A stretch of 64,000 nt of DNA from Euglena gracilis (lineage: Eukaryota). Shown one piece after another: positions 1-13,160 of the stretch. The stretch spans positions 42,964,632 through 43,028,631 of the forward strand of contig CP154954.1 in assembly GCA_039621445.1 (NCBI GenBank). The letters are read 5' to 3'. The notes under the pieces were generated by a model. The model was not told the origin of the DNA and did no database searches. It worked only from the letters and a program-made list of their open reading frames with translations. Every line of letters begins with the position of its first letter. The stretch's first letter is position 1. A program made the translations under genes and the position numbers.

Positions 1-339
1 CCCCCCGGGGGGGGGGGGTGCTGCCAGCCCTAGCTAGCCAGCCCCTTTTTTGGGGGGTCCAGCCCAATTTTTTTTTGAAAAACTGTGTTCAAAAGTGGCC
101 AAAAATGGGGTTTGGGGGGCGTTTGGGCCATTTTTGGGGGGTTTCAGATGCATCATTTTTTCAAACCTGTGTTCTGCAGGACATTTTTGGGCATTTTTTC
201 CGATTTCAGTCCAGCTCGCCTTGGTTCGGGTCCAGCTGGGGTCCACCCCCCCCCTGGGGGGGCGGGCTAGCCAGCCCAAATTTCTAGCCCTAGCCCAGCA
301 ACCCCCCCCCCCCGGGTCCTTAAAGAGGTGTATGGCGGA

Positions 340-3272
340 CAGAAGGCAGGCAAACCTGATCTGGGCCTCCCTGTGGTTGATCTGTCCGTGCAGCACCTCC
401 TGTCTTGCCGGCCCAACCGAAAGCAGACGGCCCAAGGCAGTCCCGGAATTGTCGGGCGCAGCCTGGCCGATGAGTGCGCCCCCGATCACCCGGGGATGCG
501 ACCCGGGGCCCCTTGCCGGGGACGGCTGCCGCGGGGGCTGGTTCACCCCGCAGATGCTGCTGCAGCCCGGGGCCATCGAGGACCGGCGCTTCCCGTACGC
601 CGGCCGGGACGTCGACTGCGTGACCACCGACCTCTGCCCGGGTGGAGGGGACGCGGCGCTTGGGGAGTGTCTGTCCCTGGGGGAGAGGAGCCGGTCTGAA
701 TGGACCCTCCGAGAAGTTTCAGCCGATGCCGAGCAACGTCTTGTTGCCCAGCAAAAAGAACCGCAAGTGAGCCAGCCATCCCCCCCAGGGTGTCAAGTGG
801 GGGAGGGGAGGGGGGTCAGACCCCCTCCCCCCCTTCGGACCGAGGGGGGGGTCCAGGACCCCCCAGGAACCCCGGAGAGGCAGGGATAGATGGGAAGCCT
901 TGAAGGGGGGGTCGGACACCCTCCCCCCTACCTCGAAACTGAAGGGGGCTGGGAAAGTTTTCGGTTTTGTGAACAGGCAAAGGCCCGAAACGCAGGCCAA
1001 AATTGGGCAAAAATCCCTGATTTTTTATTGAAACTAATTCCAAAAATGCCCATTTTTTGAAAAATTTTACCCACTTTTTTTCACGTAGAAAACACCAAAA
1101 CATCAAAGAATGCAATGGCAGGGGGGCCCAGACCCCCCCCTACCACCCACCTCAAAACCGAAGGGCTTCCCATCTCTCCCTGGGGAGGGGGTCCAGGCCC
1201 TCTCTCGGGGGGAGGGAGGGAGTCCAGGCCCCCCCTCCTCCCCGTTCACCTGATGCCCTGCCCCCCACCCCCTGCAACCCTCCCCCCGGCCCTGCCCGGT
1301 GGCCAAGGCGTTCGGCCACGAGTACATCCCCCTGCCCCCGCAGGAGGAGGGGCGGGTGCATGCCATCAAGCGCATCATTTGGAACGAGGGCCCGGTGGCG
1401 GCCGCAGTCCAGGGTTCGATACAAGGGGGGTGTATGGGGTTTAGGCTGCCCCCCACCCCCCCTCCTCTTGGACCGAGGTGTCCAGCCCCCCCCCCCCCCG
1501 CCTTGCAAGGGGTCCAGATTGACCGTGGAGGGTATCCGGGTCCCCCAAAAGGTCAATTTTCTCCTTCTGGCACTTTGCGCCCTTTTTTTTTGGAATTTGC
1601 CCAAAACGTGCCAAAATGGCACTTTTGGCTGACTTTGGGTGGCAAAATTTTCCGCCTGGCGTTTTGTGCCGGGCCAAAAATCGGTCACCCGGGCCATGCC
1701 ACTGTTTCGATGGGGGGGGTCCCTTCCCGTTCCATGAAGAGGGCTCCCCACCTGCCCTTATATTGAGCCCTGCCGCAGTCGCAGTGAACCGCGCCTTTCA
1801 GGCCTACACTGGCACAGAAGCTTCTTGCCCACACCGAAAACAAACTCGCGCGCACACACACATGCACAGGCAAAGTCTATCAGGTAAAACCCCCCAAGTG
1901 TAAAATCAGTTTCATATTTGGGCGGAAATTTCAAGACCCCCACGGGGGGTTTAATCATCTGTCCTTTTCCATTTTGTGCCTAGTAGTCCTCTTGTGTTGC
2001 TTCCAATGGAAGAAACCCTCTCCGGAGACTCGCTTGATGGCTCGACTTCGGGCGTTTCGAGTGCCGAGGCCACTGAATCACCGACATCCGAGGAGAGGAG
2101 GCCCCCGGATCCAAAGCTGATGTTTTATATTTGGGGGGGGTGCATTTGGGGGGTTTTGCATTTTTTCCCCGGATTGAAGGACGTTTCCTGCATAATTTCA
2201 AAAGGCCAACAGTTTTCCCTCTGGAAGGTCAGCCCACAGGTGGGGGGACAACCCCCCCCCTGTTGGGGGTGTCGGAGGAGTTGAGCCAGCCCAGCCGACC
2301 CAGGGGCTCCTGCCACGGTGGCATCTTCAACGAGGAGAGCGATGCCCCCCCCACCCAGGGCCCACCGACGGGCACCGCCCCCACAGCCCTTGTGCTGGAG
2401 CTGCGTGCTCCGCTGCGATGGCGGAGGTATGTCTTTGGAATGGACCCCGCCCCCATCCCACCCCCCCGGGGCGTCCTGCGCTCTGGACCCCCTCCTTGTG
2501 CTGAAGTTGTGCCTGTGCCTCACCAACAACTTATTCCCCAAAACGTTGAGAAAAGCGATCTAACTGTGAAAAGGACATTGTTTTGAGGGCTTTGGGTATT
2601 CTCCTTAGTTGCAGCCAGCACGGAGTCTTTTTGGACGCCCCTGCTTGAACCCCCTCAACACATCCGCGAATTTCTCGCCGAGCGGATTTGCTCCTCCTGC
2701 ATTCCTGACAGCCCCCTCTCCTCGCTTAACTCGCCAGAACGCATTTGCTGAGGGCTGCCAGTATGCTTTTGCCTTCACTTTGCTGCATCCGCACCTCCAC
2801 GTCCAATTTTCGGATGCCTGGCCTTGATTAGGTCACCAAATGGTGGCCCCCACAACAAAGACTATTGAGAGGTGGACCAAGGTTGTGTCCACTTTTTTTT
2901 GAGTAACAGAAAACATGTGCATGGATGGGGCTGGGGCTTCTGTGGATTACAGGGATAATGTTCAGACAAAGCGGTCATCCTCCGTTTGATGTGCCCCCAG
3001 GGGAAAGTTCACGTGACGGGGGAGGTGTCCTGGCGCTGAAACAGGTCAACAGAGAATCAAAGATGATTTTCTGTCCCCTTCCCCGCTGCCCGCCCTGGCT
3101 GCAACCATGCGGTGCTCCTGATGGGGTGGGGGCCGGGGTACTGGCTGCTGCGCAACTCCTGGGGCCCCGGCTGGGGGGAGGCGGGCTACATGCGCATCCG
3201 CCACGGGTGCCACAGCGTCGGCCGCTACGCCAACTACGTCGTCCACCCGTACCGTATGCGCTCCCTGCCCCG
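340..3272 (+). CDS. Papain-family (C1A) cysteine protease, multi-exon, 5' part (including catalytic Cys) upstream of the window
   Basis: Exons ~340-405 ([11 protein letters not shown]), ~497-641 ([16 protein letters not shown]...[10 protein letters not shown]), 1300-1416 ([15 protein letters not shown]), 1778-1811 ([11 protein letters not shown]), 2318-2352 ([12 protein letters not shown]) and 3103-~3272 ([30 protein letters not shown]). They join in frame and give the C1A motifs in order, including catalytic His and Asn. First intron boundaries and the 3' end are approximate. Confidence 0.88.
1420..1772. mobile_element. hAT-like MITE forming a non-canonical intron (intron 1417-1777)
   Basis: TIRs CAGGGTTCGATACAAGGG / CCCTTATATTGAGCCCTG (15/18). 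Perfect 8-bp TSD CCGCAGTC at 1412-1419 and 1773-1780. Removing the element plus one TSD restores [16 protein letters not shown]. Confidence 0.85.
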
Positions 3273-3588
3273 CCACAGAGAAACCTCGTTTCGTTTTCAT
3301 CACGAGTACGGGGCATTTGTTTTGTGGCGGGCATTTGGACGCCACCGTGTTACCGAGAGGAATGGCACTAGCACGACGAAGCTAGGGACCCATCCCGTAC
3401 CGCGCGGCGGGAGGCCATTTGGTGGCACAGCCAGAACCTGCCGCTGTCTTCCACAGGGGACGCCAGCTCCCTCCACTGCCAGGCTCGCTCCGTGCAGGGC
3501 CACCTCCGCAGGCGCTCAGGCCAACTGTCCGCACTCATTGGCGTGGCGCTGATTGCAAGGGAATCTATGGTCTTCCTCCTTTCCTGTT

Positions 3589-4012
<424 letters not shown>

Positions 4013-4185
4013 GGTAGTTTTTTTGGCTGATTCTGTTGCAAAAAAAGGAAGTTTTGGAGGTTCAAAAAAATTCGGCGCTTCGCGCATATCACCAGAAAAA
4101 AAAATTTTCCACACCAGAAAACTACAGGTAACTCCCGAACTGCCGAAATCAAGTCCTGATCCAGGGCTCCACCACATGCACACGC

Positions 4186-5212
4186 CCCCCCCCCCTTGTC
4201 CAACGACCGCGCTTGCCCAACGACCACCCCCCCCCCCCGGTCAGAGACGATCTTTTCGTGTACGATCTTGGGGAAATGAGACTTGATAATGTTCTTGCTT
4301 TTGATTTTGTCCTTTGCAGCTTCTCCGACTTCTGTGATGAACCACCACCCAATGGGTTGTTGTGTTCTCTATCGTCGCTCGAATGGTTCTTGCAGAAGGC
4401 ATCGTTGTGGGGCCCCTCTTGGTACGGTGATGGTCAAGCACCTATAGTAAAAATGGCCGAAAATGGCTGAAAATGGCCGAAAATGAAAAAAAGTTGTTGC
4501 AATTATTTTTCGAGTTTTTTTTTGCCTAACAGTTTCTATTTCCCTGAGGGGCAATTTCCAGTGCGACTGATTCTTGTCTCTGTACAGCCTCTCTTCCAAA
4601 AATGGGTTTGATCCTTCAAAATATACAAAAAAATGCCAGCATCGCCCTTGTCACCAAAATTTTCTGAAATGTCATCAAAACCTTCAGCTTTGGCCCAAAC
4701 AACCCATTCGGAGGTGGTTCTTTGAGCAGCATGTGCTGCAGGGCCAGGCATATTGGGATAATTTCTCCTATTACACCCACATTGGCTCAATACTTGCCAA
4801 ATCAGTGCAAATTGATCCAAAATGGCCAAATTGGGTCATTATGAGCACATTTTATGGCATTTTTGGCCATTTTGCGGCATTTTGGTGATTTGGTTTATTT
4901 TTCACAATTTTTTTGTGTACATTGCTGGCATTTTTAGGCAATTTTAGGTTATTTGAAGCCATTTTAGGTCATTTTGGTTGCTTTTTGGGGCTTTTTGTGG
5001 TCAATTTTGGGTTTTTTGTGGTCATTTTGCTGGGTTGAGAGCCAATGCATGAGATTGGCTATTGTCAGGCGCGAAGCGCCAAAAATTTCCAGCGAGACCC
5101 CCCCTGTCTAACGCCCCCCCCCCCCCCCCGGTCAGAGACGAACATTGGCCATTTTAACAACCATCCCCCAGGTCAGAGACGAATATTAGTGGTCGTTGGA
5201 CAAGGGGGGGGG
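4186..5212. mobile_element. ~1-kb TIR element (MITE-like)
   Basis: Inverted ends C-run-TTGTCCAACGACC / GGTCGTTGGACAA-G-run, with an internal GGTCAGAGACGA repeat. Related sequence occurs near 60730-60890. No TSD established. Confidence 0.55.
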
Positions 5213-5767
5213 AGGTACTTACAGACTACATACAGAATAATTATGTCTAATAACACACATACATGGTGCATGCACGCACAAATACATACACACATGTGCA
5301 CCACCATAGCCTTCACCAGCTTCTTTCGCTTCTTTCAGCTAGCTGGCCCTGCTAGCAGACCCCCCCCCCGGCAGTCACTGGCCAAATTTGGACTAGCTGC
5401 GGTCCAGCCCTCGGGGGGGGGGGGGGCTTAAAGCAACAGCCTGCTGTGAATGTGTGAGATGTGCCACCGGTCCGGAGGGGTGGAGATAAAACTGCCCTGG
5501 CATCCTGGCAGGGACGCAGACACATACCGCTCACCCATTCACCCACCTTGGCGCACAGCGCCCTTGTTTTCCAGTTTGGGGGGGACTCCCAGACCCCCCC
5601 CAGTGGGTCTAGCTGGTGCTTTTTTCCCCCAAAAATGTCCCGGTCCAGCAAAACGACCATCCTGATCCATACACAGATAGGGTTCCGTGCGGCTGTCCGG
5701 TGGCCCTGAGCCTGGGACGACAACTGACGGCTCCACTGACGGCCCGGCGGGGGACGCGAAGGAGCCC

Positions 5768-8700
5768 ATGCCGCTGTGGGGCCGGGTGGACGCCGCTGGC
5801 CAGGCCGTCCGCGGCGGCGACGGGAGGTGGGATTGGCGGGACGGGGGAACGGGTGAGGGCGTGGGTCGCTGTGTTCTGACGTGAGACGGTTTGCCGGGGC
5901 CGCTCAATACTTGGACAGGAAACAAACGGACGTCCCCAAGGTGGAGGATTTTGTACTGGGGGGGGGGGGTTGCTGGAACAGGTCAGTGTCAAAACAGGGC
6001 TGAGGGGTAGAGCCTTTGCTGACCCCGAAGTCTTGAAGCACGTCATCCCCCCTGGTTGGTTGCCAAAGCGCTTGCAACAAAGTTTAAAGTTTGTTGCGTG
6101 AAATGAACACAGGAAGCCTTCATTCGCAAGGGCAATGAATGGGCGACAATGAACACGTTGGAAAGTGAATGAAATTTTGGAAAATGTAATTAAATTCTGG
6201 GCAAATATGAAACGGTGCGTGAAACCGGTTTCCGTTCAGTCTCAACTGAAGAGGTCAAGGCTGAAGCTGGGCTTTGCAGAAGAAGCAACCTCATCTTTGC
6301 TGAACAAGAGACACACGTCCCGGGAGTAAGACACAGAAAATGAATTCCAAAGACAGCCGTGAAACCATGGTGAGGGCCCACCTGTGTCACGGATTTGGCC
6401 TTCAGCAAATGCAGCACAGCCAGGAAAGTCTGTTCCATGTGAACCCCTCCGGCCGTATACTTTGGCCCGAGAGGACCACCTCCGCCCGCTCAGAAGCCCC
6501 CGGCGGCCTGCCCGGGGCCAAACCAGCGCCGGCGCCCCGGCCCCGGAGGACCTGGCGGGGTCCGTCATTGACCTCGTGGAGCGGAAGAGCGCCAGGCTGG
6601 ACCCCGCCCCGCCCGCCGCTGAACAGTTGAGGCAGTGGACGTCGCGGGACACACAGTTGCCTCCCTCACCCCAAATCAACCCATGCCCCACCCCCTTGCC
6701 CATGTCTGTGCTCAACCCTGCCCAGTGCGGGAAACCACCTCCCCCTGGATGCAGCTCTGGAACAACGCCGAACGTGGCCACCCGGGCCACCGGCGAGCCG
6801 AGGGCGGGGGCCCCCTCCCAGACCTCGGCCGCCGGCGGACGGCGGTGTGGTGCCCCACGGCCCCGCCTTGCTGGAGGCTGCCATGCTGATGGAGGACGCG
6901 GGCTCCGGGGCTGCCCGGGGGGATCGCCGGCCCCAGGGCGTTTTCGTTGCCTTTGCTTTTCCCCATGTTTTCGGGCCCGGTCCTGTCCGCTGCGCACGCC
7001 GTGCCCCGCATCCCATACGCTGGGCCCGGTGGGGAGGTTTGGAAGTGGCCGCCCTGGGTTGGGCGGCCCGGCCCTGCCCCGCCCCCGACCCCACCGCTGC
7101 CCCCGCCCCGGACCCCAGCACCGCCGCCGCCGCCGCCGACCCCAACCCCACCGCCCACCCCGCGGACGCCGTCCCCGAGCCCGGCGGCTCCGCGGCAGAA
7201 GACGCCGACCTCGGCGCTGTCCCCCCCCCCCTGGGGCCTGCCTCGGGGGGGGGGGGGGTCTGTTGTCCTCCCGACCCCTCCCCGACGGGGTTGGCGGGGC
7301 GGGGGCTCACCGGCCGGACACAAACAAACGGGACTCATTGAATAGGAGGCGACCCCTCAGCACACGGCCCGTGGTCGGCCACCCGCCGTTGGTTTGGTTG
7401 GCCCCAGGGATTTTTTTAAGTTTGGACCCCCGGGGGGGGGGTAGGGTGGGTGGGTCTGGCCGAGTCCCCCCCGGGGGGGGGGTCCCCCCGGAGGGGGGTG
7501 GGATATACTTTTCGGCGCCGCAGGCGCCGAAAAAATTCTTTTTTAGCACTTTTCGCGATTTTTCGGCCATTTTTTGTGGGTCCCCCGGGACCCCCCCCCC
7601 CCCCGGGGGGGGCCCCCAGGGGGGGGGGGGGGGGGGGGGACCACCCCCCTCCCCCCCGGTCTTAAAAAACCCCTGGTTGGCCCGCGGCGGGAGGGTTGGG
7701 GTGGATGGGGGGACTGCGGCCCCGGGCGGCAGGCCCGCAGGCTGCCTGACCTCCCTCACCGGCGGGCTGGCCCTGCCTTCCTCTCTGGCGGACGGCGGCC
7801 GGGTGTGCCCCCACTCTGTGGCTGGGGGGGGGGGCGGAGCGATGCGTTCCGCAAATCAAATTTTCAAAAGTGTGCATGCTTGCACATTTTTTCAGCACAT
7901 TTTTTTTGCTCTTTGGCGCATTTTTTTCTCCATATATCCATTTTTGCCCAAATTTTTCGCATTTTTGACCATTTTATGCAAAGTACTGCATTTTTTGAAA
8001 TTTTGGGAATTTGATATTTTTTTTAAATTTTCTCTAACTGATATTTCCTTTACAATGCAATTTTTGTTATTTTTGGTGCTATTTTTGCATGTTTTTGGGC
8101 AATTTTTGCAGTTTCGTGATTTTTGTGCTTTCCCTTTTTTTCTTTTTGTGATTTAGCGCATTCCACTCCTCTGCCCGCTTATGGGAGGACCGTGCCCGTT
8201 CTGCAGCTGGGGCCGGGGACAAGGATGGCCATTGTATCGGTGCGCTTGACTGGGTTGTAGCTTTTATTTATGTTATGGAGCTGGTGCGCTTTCCCCACAA
8301 ATTTGTTCGTTTTATGACGTGGGGGAGGGGGGTTGGGTGGGTGGGTCCGCCCCCCGGAAGGGAGGGGGTGTTCCTGCATTTCCAGTGCGAAGAGCTGAAA
8401 GCAATTTGGCCGATTGGAATTGACACTCCCGAAGTGGGTCCAAAGGCGGGCGGGCGGGTGGGTGGGTGGGTGGGTGAACATCCCGAGCGTGCTTTATTTT
8501 GCTCATGGCACCGCCCATCACTTCAACTTGCCCCCCCCCCACCGCGTCCGCCCACGTGACGGTGGCACTCTCCCCATCCAGAGAACCTCTGGGTCTCTCT
8601 CGCCCTCCCCTCCTCTCCTCCGCGTCGCAGGGCCGAACGCGGCGGCGGCCTCCCTCGCCGGCCGCGAGGCGTTCCTGTTCCGCTGGGCGCTGGGCTCGCC

Positions 8701-9500
8701 CGGGGCAGTGCCCCTCTCAACCCCCCACCCCCCCCCCATTGCCTGGACGTTCTCCGCTGGCCGCCGCCCCGCCGGGCCGTATTTTGGTCGGGTGCCGACC
8801 CCCCCTTTCCCCTGGGGGGAGGGGGTGCCTGCCTGGGCAGGCACCCCAAGGCACTCCGGACCCCCCTGCCCCCCCGGGGTTGGTAACAAAACCGCCGGGG
8901 TGGGGGTGGCTGGGCTCCGGGGGCGGGGGCGGAGAGGGGGATGGCTGCCAGGGTAGTGTCGGGTGCAGCGGCCGCGCAGCCGTCGGCTGGTGCCCTCGTT
9001 CACCGATGGGGGGGGGGGGTTGGATTGGAGGGTCGCGAGCGCATTCGGTGAATGCGTTGGCCGCCCCCTCCCCGGCAACCGTCCCCGCACCCCGCCTCAT
9101 TCTGATCCAGCCCCCCCCCCAACTGGGGTGCTGCAATTATCCTCCAGGAGGTTGTGTATGGTACGTTGCCATACCATACCCAGCTGGTATGGCACCGCTG
9201 TGCCAGCTGGGTATGGTATGGCACAGCGGCGTGAATGATCGCCACAGGAAAGGTGGGGTGTGATTGCAGGACGGGGTTGCCCACTGATGGGTTGCATTTT
9301 GTGAATGGGGGGTTTATGGACCTTCATTTTGCCGAGCCCCCCCACGTCTTTATTTGCAACGGAGTGTGCCCCGGGGCTTCGGGGCTGCCCCGGCCCGGAC
9401 GGCACTGGCGGGGGTGGCGTTCGCCTTCCTGCTCCACGCCGTGGGGCTGCCCCAGGCCCCCCACCCCGACCCGGCGCTGTACGTCCTGTGACCCGCCGCA
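5768..9500 (+). CDS. Probable scattered small exons of an unidentified gene (or C-terminal extension of the upstream protease)
   Basis: GC-rich coding-like islands between MITE-rich introns, e.g. PLWGRVDAAGQAVRGGDGRWDW ~5768, EDLAGSVIDLVERKSARLD ~6545, PWMQLWNNAERGH ~6745, ASLAGREAFLFRWALG ~8650. No family recognised and joins not resolved. Confidence 0.35.
7405..7675. mobile_element. hAT-like MITE
   Basis: TIRs CAGGGATTTTTTTAAG / CTTAAAAAACCCCTG. Perfect 8-bp TSD GTTGGCCC at 7397-7404 and 7676-7683. Confidence 0.85.
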
Positions 9501-10574
9501 CTGTCCCCCCCCCCCCGCCGAGGGAATGGCTGGAGGTCCCCCAAACCCTGCCACAATGACAAGCCCCGCCCCCCCCTTTCACCCACCAGCCCCGTCACCC
9601 TCCCCTCCCCCCACACCGAACACCCTTTGCTCGAGAGGGGTTTCCACAATTCCTTGGGCTGGCTGATTTGCCTTCGCATGGTTTTGCACTGCGCATTTAT
9701 TGGGGATGGACCAATTATGCCTCAAAAGAGGATTTTTTTTTGCTCAAATATCCAAATTATTATATTTTTTGACATTTTCGCATCAAATTTGCCAGTATTT
9801 TTGAAGGTTTTTGGACCTGAGAAACGGGGGCATTTTGGGGGTTTCTATGCATTGGTCAGGGTATTTCACACAATTAGGACGCTGCATTTTGGGGGGGTCA
9901 CTGGCACAAGCTAAGCAAGCAACCAAAATGGCCTGGGAAGGTGATAACCTCATGGGGTGGCAATTTCCTGCGGAGGGTGGCAATTACCGGCGGAGGTGTG
10001 AAATCGAACTAGGAACGTCTGAAATCGGCTTTGTTGCAGGTGAATAACTGGGGTTCGTTGTAGGGGACATGACTCTGCACACGTTGCAAACGCAGCCACA
10101 ATCAGCAACATGCGTGGTTCGAAAAGTGATGCGATTTCCCCCTTATTGTTGCCAAATCTCCACATCGCCGTCAACCAAACGTCGCACCTGCAAATTATGC
10201 CTGCTACATTGGTGGAGGGTTCGAGTGTTCATGCCTCTTCCCCAGAAGGTGTCATTTCGATGACGATTCTTTGTGAATGAGTACCAATTCTCCTTCGCGG
10301 TCAGCATGGAGGCCGGCCATCCCCTGACTTCCCCCTTGCACTGTGCCGACTGGCGTTGCCTGGCGCACTGCACTGCCTTGAATTGGGGCCCTTTTCCCTC
10401 GCCCCACTGTGGATTGCACCGTACCAGCCTGCTCGTCGGGCTTGTTGTTTGGCGTCAAATGGTGTATGGGGATCAAATTTACCTCACAGGATGCAGTTTT
10501 CTCCCTCACCCTCTCCCATCTTATTTCAACAAAGAGAATCATTTGATTTGTCTGGAAAGATTCTCGGGGGCTGT

Positions 10575-10727
10575 GTATATGTATGTACGTATGTGTGTAT
10601 GTGTGTATGTATGTATGTATGTATGTATGTATGTATGTATGTATGGATGGATGGATGGATGGATGGATGGATGGATGGATGGATGGATGGATGGATGGAT
10701 GGATGGATGTATGTATGTGTGTGTGTA

Positions 10728-10758
<31 letters not shown>

Positions 10759-10915
10759 ATGTATGTATGTATGTATGTATGTATGTATGTATGTATGTAT
10801 GTATGTATGTATGTATGTATGTATGTATGTATGTATGTATGTATGTATGTATGTATGTATGTATGTATGTATGTATGTATGTATGTCTGTATGTCTGTAT
10901 GTCTGTCTGTATGTA

Positions 10916-10952
<37 letters not shown>

Positions 10953-11115
10953 ATGTATGTATGTATGTATGTATGTATGTATGTATGTATGTATGTATGT
11001 ATGTATGTATGTATGTATGTATGTATGTATGTATGTATGTATGTATGTATGTATGTATGTATGTATGTGTGTATGTATGCATGTATGTATGCATGTATGT
11101 ATGTATGTATGTATG
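10575..11115. repeat. (ATGT)n/(ATGG)n microsatellite
   Basis: Direct reading of the sequence. Confidence 0.97.
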
Positions 11116-13160
11116 CATCTATGTCGGGAGGGTGGAGTGAGTGGGTGTCCGGTGCTGGACCCCCCTGGGTTGGTTTCCGTGGCGGCCCGGTTATGGGTTT
11201 CAGTGTGAAGCATTGATTTTTTTTTTGAGAAATACCCTCAGACGGCTCGATTTTCGTGGTCCGTGCCCCACAAGGGTCTCTCACTGGCTTTGCTGGGGAG
11301 GGAACCTTTTAAAAAAGGAGCCTGAATGGAATGGAATGGATGAATGGATGGATATGTGTGTGTTTTTCATACAAGTATTTATGCACACATACATGTGAAT
11401 ATCTGCATATAAGTCTCCTTGAGCTGCTCCCCTCCCGGTGAGGGGGGTAGCTCCAGGAGACCCATGACATGGGGAGGCACACAATGAATGATGGCTTCAT
11501 ATGCATGTATGTGTGTGCATGTGTGTGGAGATATAAATGTTGTTCCTGTCTTTTTTTTGTCATGACCCCCTCCTACATCTCTCCAATGTCACTTGTGCTC
11601 AGCCCTGGTTGGGACCCATACGCCATTGTGGTGTCCCTCCCGTCCACGTCTTGTTGTCACCCGGGTTGCACTGCCATAGGCTTGTGCACGCTGCCCCTTG
11701 GGCAGCCCCCCCCCTTTGTCGGCTCTCAGTTGACGGATTAGCCGCCGACCTCCCCGCCTGCCGGGGGGACGGTGTGTTCTCCCTCAGCCCCTCTGTTTCC
11801 TTTCCCTTTCCCTTGGGGGTGAGGAGGCACAAGGGCCACACCCTTCAGATTTGTCTCTGGCCCCTCGGGATTGTCTCACGCCTTTGTACTTGTTGATTTG
11901 TCCCGACACAGGTGCTCGGATGGGGTGCCAACATTTTTAGCTTTTTGGTCGAAAATGGGGGGGGGGCTCGAGATAAGAAATTTGCTGCACCGTGTTTTTT
12001 GTATTTGCCTGTTTTCTGGGGGGGGGTTGTAAATTTTTTTCTGTAATTTTGGAATGTAATTTTGCATTTTTACGCAGGTTTTTTTTCCAGGAAAACGTTT
12101 CCAGATCAATTCAAGTACCGCCGGGGCACCATTACCCACCTGGCCTCATCGGGAGTCGCCCTGCCCCTGTGTCCTCACCAACTTGGCCGAAGCCCACTTC
12201 GCACAATGGCGCCCGGCCGCGGTGTTGCCCGCCCTGCATTTTGTGCCACGCTGTGGTCGCCCCCCCCCCCCTCCGGGCCACGCCTCGGCCTCGGGTGGCT
12301 GTCCACCACCAAGTGGTATGCTCCGAACTCCGCCCAAGGGGGACGACCAGAAGTGACCGATTCCATTCCCCTCGCGGCAAACGTTTCCCGGGGTTCAGTG
12401 CCCAGGCAGGGGGTCCACATCACAGGCCACTTCGCGTTGAATTCGTTTCGCGCAGCCCAACCCCTTCCGGCCGGTCCCCCCCCCCCACCCCTTCAGGCGG
12501 CCGAAGCGGCGGGAAACGCGCTGAGCAGAACTGCACAGCACGGGCCGAGGGGTTTGGCGGTGGCGTTTGGGGCCCGCCCCACACGGCGGGAGAGGCCTTT
12601 CCACCAACCAGACATTCACATCTTGCAAACCAGTCCCCCACTTTCAACCCCCCCTCCCCTGGGTCCAGTCTCTGGTCACCCGGGCCAAAATGAATAGATT
12701 CTTGGCTTTTTTTGAGAATATTCCGGCTCCGGGGGGTTTGTGGCTACAAACCAGTCAATCATTCAAAATCAAACCAGTCAGTCACCCCTCAAGTTACCAA
12801 AACTCAGCAATGGCATGGCCTTTCCCCAAGCCTCAACGTCCATTACTCTGGACAAGCCCAAGCCAAATCAGATACCTTTTGGATTAGGTCCAACTCCAAA
12901 CCTGGAAAATTTGGGCTGGCTGGAAAAAGGCTGGTGGCTGACCCCCGTTTTCATAAGGTCCCCCAATGGAACTTGGTTTGACCCGGGGTCAAACAATTTG
13001 CAAAAAAAAGTGAAGCCCAAAAAGCTGCAATTTATGCCAAAAGGTCGATCTCCCTAAATTCGTGTGATCAAACTGGTGAGCCTGTGCATGTGTGCATTTG
13101 TCCAGCACACCCACACATACACAGCCGGTTCCCCTCCGCAGGCTTTTCCCCGCAGCTCCA

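Noticed and set aside
6384-8156. 590-aa ORF
   Set aside because: Reads through a TSD-flanked MITE and an AT-rich low-complexity tract. At most a few short exons are real.
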